Of a stretch of DNA of 32,000 bases, positions 26,003 to 32,000 are shown piece after piece. Within the stretch, counting starts at the first letter, position 1; every line of letters starts with the position of its first letter. Made by a program: the position numbers and the translations under genes. The notes under the pieces are model-generated. The model saw only the letters and a program-made list of their open reading frames with translations. It ran no database searches and was not told the origin of the DNA. This DNA comes from Pseudomonas aeruginosa (GTDB lineage: Bacteria > Pseudomonadota > Gammaproteobacteria > Pseudomonadales > Pseudomonadaceae): positions 3,510,001 to 3,542,000 of the forward strand of contig NZ_LN831024.1 in assembly GCF_001457615.1 (NCBI RefSeq). Direction: 5' to 3'.

Positions 26003-26029
26003 ACGCGGCGCCCGTGGTGCATGGGCAGG

Positions 26030-26770
26030 CTATTCGCCGACCGGCGCTTCCAGTTGCGCCCAGAGCGACGGACCACCTGCCGACTTCTCGATCACCGCCA
26101 GCCGCGCCGCATGCGCAGCCAGCTCTTCGGCGTTGGCGCGCAGCACCGGGGTGGCGACCCGCGCCGGATCGAGCCGACGGATCGGGCTGACCATCGGCCG
26201 GCCGCTGCCGTCGCCTTCCGCGCCGCTGCCGGCCAGCGACAGGCTGGTCTGGCCGCCGGTCATCGCCAGGTAGACGTCGGCGAGGATCTCGGCGTCGAGC
26301 AACGCGCCGTGCAGGTCGCGGCCGGAGTTGTCCACGCCGTAGCGCTTGCACAACGCATCGAGGTTGTTGCGCTGGCCCGGATGGCGCTCGCGGGCCATCA
26401 GCAGGGTATCCAGCACCGAGCAGTACTCGGTCACGTCCGAGCGGTCCTGCTGGCCCAGCAGGGCGAACTCGTTGTTGATGAAGCCGATATCGAACGCCGC
26501 GTTGTGGATGATCAGCTGGGCGCCGCGGATGAATTCGAAGAAATCGTTGGCGACCTCGCGGAAGCGCGGCTTGTCCTTCAGGTATTCGTTGGTGATGCCG
26601 TGGACGGCGATCGCCCCTTCGTCGACCTCGCGATCGGGTTGCAGGTAGACGTGGAAGTGGCGACCGGTCAGGCGGCGCCCCTCCAGCTCGACACAGCCGA
26701 TCTCGATGATCCGGTGACCATCGGTCACCGGCATGCCGGTGGTTTCGGTATCCAGTACGACGCTACGCAT
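26030..26770 (-). CDS. dnaQ: DNA polymerase III epsilon subunit (3'-5' proofreading exonuclease)
   Basis: 246 aa. Exo motifs VLDTETTG, IIHNAAFDIGF and HGALLDAEILADVYLAMTGGQ. Collinear with E. coli DnaQ. Confidence 0.95.
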   Translation of the reverse strand: MRSVVLDTETTGMPVTDGHRIIEIGCVELEGRRLTGRHFHVYLQPDREVDEGAIAVHGITNEYLKDKPRFREVANDFFEFIRGAQLIIHNAAFDIGFINNEFALLGQQDRSDVTEYCSVLDTLLMARERHPGQRNNLDALCKRYGVDNSGRDLHGALLDAEILADVYLAMTGGQTSLSLAGSGAEGDGSGRPMVSPIRRLDPARVATPVLRANAEELAAHAARLAVIEKSAGGPSLWAQLEAPVGE

Positions 26771-26834
26771 CTATAGAGCCTTTCTCTGTTTCGCTGCAGC
26801 CGTGGCTGCTGAACGCTTGTTTCGGTGTGGCCGC

Positions 26835-27281
26835 TCAGCGCGGCAATTCGGCGACGCCACGGTTGGCCAACTGGTCGGCCCGCTCGTTGCCGGGGTCGCC
26901 GGTATGCCCGCGGACCCACTGCCACTCCACCTGGTGCCGGGCGACCTGTTCATCCAGGGCCTGCCAGAGGTCGGCATTCTTGACCGGCTGCTTGCTGGCG
27001 GTCTTCCAGCCGCGCTTCTTCCAGTTCGGCAACCATTCGGTGATGCCGCGCATCACGTATTCCGAGTCGGTGATCAGACGGATCGGACAGGAACGCTTGA
27101 GTGCCGCCAGCGCCTGGATCGCCGCCATCAGCTCCATGCGGTTGTTGGTGGTGTCCGGCTCGCCGCCCCAAAGCTCTCGCTCGGCGCCCTTGTAGAGGAG
27201 CAACGCCCCCCAGCCGCCGCGCCCAGGGTTGCCCTTGCAGGCGCCGTCGGTATAGATCACTACCTGTTCTTTATCTGTCAT
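26835..27281 (-). CDS. rnhA: Ribonuclease HI
   Basis: The C-terminal 148 aa of listed ORF 26835..28007, starting [20 protein letters not shown]. Catalytic DEDD residues sit in TDGAC, NNRMEL, TDSEYV and NERAD. The ATG at 27281 is 2 nt downstream of the preceding gene's stop. Confidence 0.95.
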   Translation of the reverse strand: MTDKEQVVIYTDGACKGNPGRGGWGALLLYKGAERELWGGEPDTTNNRMELMAAIQALAALKRSCPIRLITDSEYVMRGITEWLPNWKKRGWKTASKQPVKNADLWQALDEQVARHQVEWQWVRGHTGDPGNERADQLANRGVAELPR

Positions 27282-27283
27282 GC

Positions 27284-28045
27284 CTAAATTTCGGAATCTC
27301 GCCGGCTGACTTTCGCCACCGGCATGGGCACCAGCTGACCGCGCGGTTCGCGCTTGCTCTGGCGCAACGGGCGCAACCCCACGACCAGCTTGCGTGCCAC
27401 CAATAGATAGAAGCCGGCGCCCGAAGACTGCCAGGCGTCGCCCCAGCGCTCCAGGCGAGCCAGGCGCGATTGCCAGGCTGCCGACGCAAGCGGCGGACGA
27501 TAGCACCCGAAGCGCCGTTTCTCCAGCGCGAAGCCCAGCAGGTTGAGCCAGTCGCAGGCCCGCGACGGAGGAATGCAGCGGGCCTGGCGCAAGGCATCCC
27601 CGGCGAAATAATGACGGATGCCCCACAGGCTCCATGGGTTGATGCCGATCAGCAGCAGGTGGCCGCCCGGACGAACGGTACGCGCGGCTTCGCGCAGGAG
27701 ACGGTGAGGCGACAGGCAGAAATCCAGGCCGTGTTGCAGCAGGACCACGTCCGCGGCATGTTCGCTGAGCGGCCAGGCGCCCTCTTCGCAGGCGATGTCC
27801 ACGCCCGGCAGCGGCGGCCCCAGGCGCACACCGCGCTGAATCTGCCCGGTGCTCGGCGGCAGTTCGGCATGCGGTCCGTAGTGCACCAGGTAGCCACCGA
27901 AGTAACGGGTCAGCTCGTCGCACAACAGGCGTCGCTCCTCGGCCAGCATCAGGCTGCCCAGCGGGCCCTGGAACCAGTCGCGCGCCCGGTTGATCGATGC
28001 CAGCCACTCGGCATCGGTCTGGGCGAAGGCTTGCGGTTCGTTCAT
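27284..28045 (-). CDS. YafS-like methyltransferase-fold protein (function unknown)
   Basis: The listed ORF starts at 28120. The ATG at 28045 has a strong [45 protein letters not shown] resembles the distal part of class-I methyltransferase (Methyltransf_11) domains. I cannot find a canonical GxGxG motif I. 253 aa. Confidence 0.75.
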   Translation of the reverse strand: MNEPQAFAQTDAEWLASINRARDWFQGPLGSLMLAEERRLLCDELTRYFGGYLVHYGPHAELPPSTGQIQRGVRLGPPLPGVDIACEEGAWPLSEHAADVVLLQHGLDFCLSPHRLLREAARTVRPGGHLLLIGINPWSLWGIRHYFAGDALRQARCIPPSRACDWLNLLGFALEKRRFGCYRPPLASAAWQSRLARLERWGDAWQSSGAGFYLLVARKLVVGLRPLRQSKREPRGQLVPMPVAKVSRRDSEI

Positions 28046-28146
28046 GCGTACCTCCAGCGTCTTCCCCTTCGCGGCGACGGACGCCGGCACGACGGGAAAA
28101 TAAGCAATACTATGCGCCAATGACTTCTGCTTAGCGACATCGACCC

Positions 28147-28923
28147 ATGATACAGATCGACGCCCTGTCCGCCTTCAACGACAACTACATCTGGCTGTTG
28201 CAAGATGCGACAAGCCGTCGCTGCGCGGTGGTCGACCCCGGCGACGCCAAGCCGGTGGAAGCCTGGCTGGCCGCCCATCCCGACTGGCGGTTGAGCGATA
28301 TCCTGGTGACCCACCACCATCACGACCACGTCGGCGGCGTCGCGGCCCTGAAGGAACTGACCGGCGCGCGGGTTCTCGGCCCGGCCAACGAGAAGATCCC
28401 GGCCCGCGACCTGGCGCTGGAAGACGGCGAACGGGTCGAGGTGCTCGGCCTGGTCTTCGAGATCTTCCACGTGCCCGGCCATACCCTCGGCCATATCGCC
28501 TACTACCACCCGGCGGAGACGCCGCTGCTGTTCTGCGGCGACACCCTGTTCGCCGCCGGCTGCGGCCGTCTCTTCGAAGGCACCCCGGCGCAGATGCATC
28601 ATTCCCTGGCGCGACTGGCCGCGCTGCCGGCCAACACCCGGGTCTACTGCACCCACGAGTACACGCTGAGCAACCTGCGCTTCGCGCTGGCGGTGGAGCC
28701 CGACAACGCGGCGCTGCGGGAACGCTTCGAGGAAGCGACCCGGCTGCGCGAACGGGACCGCATCACCCTGCCGTCGGAAATCTCGCTGGAATTGTCGACC
28801 AATCCATTTCTTCGCGTTTCGGAAAATTCTGTTAAGAAAAAAGCCGACCAGCGGAGCGGCCAGCAAAACCGCACCCCGGAGGAGGTTTTCGCCGTCCTGA
28901 GGGCCTGGAAGGACCAGTTCTGA
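28147..28923 (+). CDS. gloB: Hydroxyacylglutathione hydrolase (glyoxalase II)
   Basis: 258 aa. The metallo-beta-lactamase motif [10 protein letters not shown], then HVPGHTLGH and the C-terminal NPFLR segment are typical of GloB. Confidence 0.93.
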   Translation: MIQIDALSAFNDNYIWLLQDATSRRCAVVDPGDAKPVEAWLAAHPDWRLSDILVTHHHHDHVGGVAALKELTGARVLGPANEKIPARDLALEDGERVEVLGLVFEIFHVPGHTLGHIAYYHPAETPLLFCGDTLFAAGCGRLFEGTPAQMHHSLARLAALPANTRVYCTHEYTLSNLRFALAVEPDNAALRERFEEATRLRERDRITLPSEISLELSTNPFLRVSENSVKKKADQRSGQQNRTPEEVFAVLRAWKDQF

Positions 28924-28937
28924 AGGTTGGCGAAATC

Positions 28938-28966
28938 TTGACCACTCTTGAGGTCATTTCTAGAAT
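28938..28966 (+). promoter_or_regulatory. Near-consensus sigma70 promoter upstream of mltD
   Basis: TTGACC (28938-28943), an exact 17-nt spacer, then TAGAAT (28961-28966), 35 nt upstream of the mltD ATG. Confidence 0.55.
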
Positions 28967-29000
28967 CGGCTGAATTTTTGCCCGGAACAGCACTCAGCCG

Positions 29001-30605
29001 ATGCCGCCACAGACACGTAAAACCCCCGATCTAGACGCCCTGGCTCGCGCCGTTCGGGTGTCCATCCTGCTCATCGCCGGTGCGCTCGCCGGCTGCCAGG
29101 GCAGCGGCCAGATCAAGGGGGAGGCCCAGGCCAAAGCAGCACGTCCCGGCGCCCGAGCCGTCGACGTCCAGTTCAACCCCTCCTGGCTGCATACCCAGCC
29201 CGGCCAGAACGCCGCCTACAACGACATCTGGGACCGCATGCGCGACGGTTTCCAGCTCCAGGATGCGATCAGCACCAACCCGCGCATCGAACGCCAGCGC
29301 CTCTGGTTCCTCAGCAACCAGTCGTTCCTCGAACAATCGAGCGCGCGCGGCAGCCTCTACATGCACTACGTGGTCGAGCGCCTGGAAGAACGCAACATGC
29401 CGCTCGAACTGGCGCTGCTGCCGGTCATCGAAAGCGCCTATAACCCCTTCGCCCTGTCGCGCAGCAACGCCGCCGGCCTCTGGCAGTTCATTCCCGCCAC
29501 CGGCCAGCATTTCAACCTGCGCCAGACCAATTTCTACGACGGTCGCCGCGACATCACCGCCTCGACCAATGCCGCCCTGACCTATCTCGAGCGCCTGCAC
29601 GACATGTTCAACGGCGACTGGATGCTCGCCCTGGCGGCCTACAACGCCGGCGAAGGCACTGTCAGCCGCGCCATCGAACGCAACGAGAAACTGGGCCTGC
29701 CGACCGACTACTGGAACCTGCCGCTGCCGCAGGAAACCCAGGACTACGTACCCAAGCTGCTCGCCCTCTCACAGATCGTCATGGCGCCGGATTCCTACGG
29801 CATCAGCCTGAACCCGATCAACAACGAGCCCTACTTCCAGGCCGTCCGGGTCAAGCGCGGGATCGACCTGTCCAGCGTCGCCGCGCTGGCGAACCTGGAC
29901 GAGGACGAGCTGTACCAGCTTAACCCGGCCTACAAGCGCCGCGTGACCATGGACGGCCCCCAGCAACTGTTGGTGCCGATGGAGAAAGCGGCGTTCCTGA
30001 CCGCCTCGCTGGACACCCTCAAGCCGAAGGAAGTCACCGCCTGGCAGCAATACCGGGTGCGTAGCGGCGACAGCCTGCACAGCATCGCCAACCGCTATCG
30101 GATCACCGTAGCGGAGCTCAAGAGCGCCAACCGCCTGTCCAGCAACCACCTGCGCAAGGGCCAGCAACTGAGCATCCCCGGGCAGATCGCCGGCGGCGCC
30201 GTCAAGCCGGTCTACCAGCAACTCGCCCGACAGGCTTCCACCCCGGCCAGGACCCGCTCCTATAAGGTCAAGAACGGCGACAGCCTGTGGCAGATCGCCC
30301 GCAACAACGGCGTCGACGTCAACGACCTGAAGCGCTGGAACGGCCTGGACAAGCACGCCCTGAAGGTCGGCCAGACCCTCAAGCTGCAAGGCGGCACCCA
30401 GGCCCTGGCGGCCCGCAAGGGAAACGCCGCCGGCAAGCGCGACAGCGCCACCTACTACAAGGTCAAGCAAGGCGACTCGATGTACCTGATCGCCAAGCGC
30501 TTCAATGTCGAAATGAAGCACCTGCAGCGCTGGAACCCGCGCAGCAAGCAGGCGCTCAAGCCCGGCCAGACCCTGACCCTGTACCTGGACACCGCGAGCC
30601 GCTGA
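29001..30605 (+). CDS. mltD: Membrane-bound lytic murein transglycosylase D (lipoprotein, SLT domain plus three LysM repeats)
   Basis: 534 aa. Lipobox LAGC. SLT catalytic region LPVIESAYNPFALSRSNAAGLWQF. Three LysM modules begin YRVRSGDSLHSIA (about 30051-30179), YKVKNGDSLWQIA (about 30261-30389) and YKVKQGDSMYLIA (about 30456-30584). Confidence 0.92.
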   Translation: MPPQTRKTPDLDALARAVRVSILLIAGALAGCQGSGQIKGEAQAKAARPGARAVDVQFNPSWLHTQPGQNAAYNDIWDRMRDGFQLQDAISTNPRIERQRLWFLSNQSFLEQSSARGSLYMHYVVERLEERNMPLELALLPVIESAYNPFALSRSNAAGLWQFIPATGQHFNLRQTNFYDGRRDITASTNAALTYLERLHDMFNGDWMLALAAYNAGEGTVSRAIERNEKLGLPTDYWNLPLPQETQDYVPKLLALSQIVMAPDSYGISLNPINNEPYFQAVRVKRGIDLSSVAALANLDEDELYQLNPAYKRRVTMDGPQQLLVPMEKAAFLTASLDTLKPKEVTAWQQYRVRSGDSLHSIANRYRITVAELKSANRLSSNHLRKGQQLSIPGQIAGGAVKPVYQQLARQASTPARTRSYKVKNGDSLWQIARNNGVDVNDLKRWNGLDKHALKVGQTLKLQGGTQALAARKGNAAGKRDSATYYKVKQGDSMYLIAKRFNVEMKHLQRWNPRSKQALKPGQTLTLYLDTASR

Positions 30606-30626
30606 CAGCCCATTGCAGGCCGTCCC

Positions 30627-30664
30627 GAAACGCCACGCCCGCTCCTGCCGGCGTGGCGTTTTCG
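30627..30664 (+). terminator. Hairpin terminator after mltD
   Basis: AACGCCACGCC (30629-30639) pairs with GGCGTGGCGTT (30650-30660) around a 10-nt loop, followed by only a short T tract (TTTT partly inside the stem). Confidence 0.6.
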
Positions 30665-30795
30665 CAAGCGCGGCCAGAACCCCGGACCCTAGGCCGGACA
30701 GGCCCGCGCTCCCTCTTTTTTCCTGTGCGGGCAAGGTGTTACTGTTGCCTGACGATTCGTTGTCAAAAATAGCCAAGGACCCGGACACACGCCTG

Positions 30796-32000
30796 ATGCG
30801 TCGCCTCTCCTTCCTGATCCTCGGCCTGGCCGTGAGCCTGCCCAGCTTCGCCGCGATTACCCAGAGCCATGGTTATGCCCAATTCGGCACGCTCAAGTAT
30901 CCGGCCAATTTCCAGCACTTCGACTGGACCAATCCCGACGCCCCCAAAGGCGGCACCTTGCGCCTGATGGCCTCGGGCAGCTTCGACACGCTCAACCCCT
31001 ACACCCTGAAAGGCACCAGCCCGATCGGCACCGGCGATTTCCTCCAGTACGGAGTCAACGAGCTGAACGAACCATTGATGGTGGGCACCGGCCTGTACGA
31101 CCCGTCCGGCGACGAACCAGCCTCCAGCTATGGCCTGATCGCGAAGAGCGTGGAATACACGGAAAACCGCAGCTGGGTGGTATTCAACCTGCGGCCGGAA
31201 GCGCGCTTCCACGACGGCAGGCCGATCACCGCCAGCGACGTGGCCTTTTCCTATCGCACCCTGGTCAAGCAGGGGCACCCGATGTACCGCACCTACCTGC
31301 AGGAGGTGAAGCGGGTCGATATCCTCACCCCCCACCGGGTGCGTTTCGTCCTGCGGCGCTCCGGCAACCCGCTGCTGATCCTGCGCCTGGGCGAGCTTCC
31401 GGTGCTGCCGCAGCATTACTGGAAGGATCGCGACTTCCGCGCCACCACCTTCACCGCGCCGCTGGGCAGCGGTCCCTATCGCATCGTCGAGGTCGATCCC
31501 GGGCGCCGCCTGGTGTTCGAACGCGTGAAGGGCTGGTGGGGCGAAAAACTGCCGGTGAACCGCGGCAAATACAATTTCGACCGGGTCGTGGTGGACTTCT
31601 ACCGGGACAACGGCGTCGCCTTCGAAGCCTTCAAGGCCGGCGAGTTCGACTTCTACATCGAGCACCAGGCGAAGAACTGGCTGAACAACTATCGCTTCCC
31701 CGCGGTTCTGCGCGGCGATGTGATCCGCACGGAAATCCCGCACCAGATCCCCAGCCAGACCCAGGCGTTGTTCATGAACACCCGTCGCGCCGTGTTCAAG
31801 GAGCGCGCGATACGCCAGGCGCTGGGCGAGATGTTCGACTTCGAATGGACCAATCGCGCCCTCTTCAGCAATTCCTACCTGCGCTCGCGCAGCTACTACC
31901 CGAACAGCGAATTCGCCGCCAGCGGCGTCCCGGAGGGCCAGGAATGGCTGTACCTGTCGCCGTACCGCAAGCAATTGCCGGCGCAGTTGTTCAAACAGCC
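30796..32000 (+). CDS. ABC-transporter periplasmic substrate-binding protein, family 5 (YejA/oligopeptide-like); 3' end outside the window
   Basis: Not in the ORF track because it runs off the window. The ATG at 30796 gives the signal peptide MRRLSFLILGLAVSLPSFA, then ...KGGTLRLMASGSFDTLNPY...FHDGRPITASDVAFSY..., typical of SBP_bac_5. Frame +1 is open to base 32000. Confidence 0.85.
   Translation, partial: MRRLSFLILGLAVSLPSFAAITQSHGYAQFGTLKYPANFQHFDWTNPDAPKGGTLRLMASGSFDTLNPYTLKGTSPIGTGDFLQYGVNELNEPLMVGTGLYDPSGDEPASSYGLIAKSVEYTENRSWVVFNLRPEARFHDGRPITASDVAFSYRTLVKQGHPMYRTYLQEVKRVDILTPHRVRFVLRRSGNPLLILRLGELPVLPQHYWKDRDFRATTFTAPLGSGPYRIVEVDPGRRLVFERVKGWWGEKLPVNRGKYNFDRVVVDFYRDNGVAFEAFKAGEFDFYIEHQAKNWLNNYRFPAVLRGDVIRTEIPHQIPSQTQALFMNTRRAVFKERAIRQALGEMFDFEWTNRALFSNSYLRSRSYYPNSEFAASGVPEGQEWLYLSPYRKQLPAQLFKQ

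Noticed and set aside
27282-28007. N-terminal 242 aa of the 390-aa ORF 26835..28007 fused to RNase H
   Set aside because: Only the last 148 aa (from ATG 27281) are RNase HI. The upstream part is an Arg/Ala/Pro-rich off-frame reading of the YafS-like gene, which has its own strong SD and start.
30763-31974. 403-aa minus-strand ORF, the only ORF listed by the track in this interval
   Set aside because: The + strand frame from ATG 30796 encodes a signal peptide and clear family-5 solute-binding protein motifs. That frame is missing from the track only because it runs off the window. The minus-strand ORF is its shadow.
1-32000. Whole-window scan for CRISPR repeats, tRNA/rRNA-like sequences, IS inverted repeats, integrase or transposase ORFs, toxin-antitoxin pairs, defence-system hallmarks and compositional islands
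   Set aside because: None found by eye. All intergenic regions are short and are explained by promoters or terminators. Every sizeable ORF with gene-like codon usage has a housekeeping-type family assignment or is a small conserved hypothetical.

Overview
High-GC, strongly GC3-biased gammaproteobacterial core-chromosome DNA. Gene content and order run metH, yggL, cysI, sohB, nudC, fimL, nhaB, ldcB/ldcA, dnaQ, rnhA, gloB, mltD and a family-5 solute-binding protein. From memory this matches the Pseudomonas aeruginosa PAO1 PA1843 to PA1811 segment; I could not run a search to confirm. I call 35 protein-coding genes (two cut by the window edges), five hairpin terminators and several promoter or operator candidates. 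I found no tRNA, rRNA, CRISPR array, transposase, integrase, phage gene or compositionally foreign block. The many long extra ORFs in the six-frame track are antisense or off-frame shadow ORFs, as expected in GC-rich DNA. I do not see convincing evidence for a new defence-type or mobile system; this looks like an ordinary housekeeping region. The leads most worth a second look are: (1) a two-operon module of histidine phosphatase, SCP2, ACAD10/11-LvaA-like kinase and SDR with no assigned substrate; (2) a second RlmN/Cfr-type radical-SAM RNA methyltransferase beside other translation-linked genes; (3) cysI translationally overlapped with a DUF934 gene and no cysJ nearby; (4) a TetR-controlled hotdog plus alpha/beta-hydrolase pair with a clear double-palindrome operator; (5) fimL and nudC joined by a 1-nt stop/start overlap; (6) a YafS-like gene, rnhA and dnaQ arranged as one operon. 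Functional claims rest on motif-level reading of the translations and remembered family knowledge, not on database searches.
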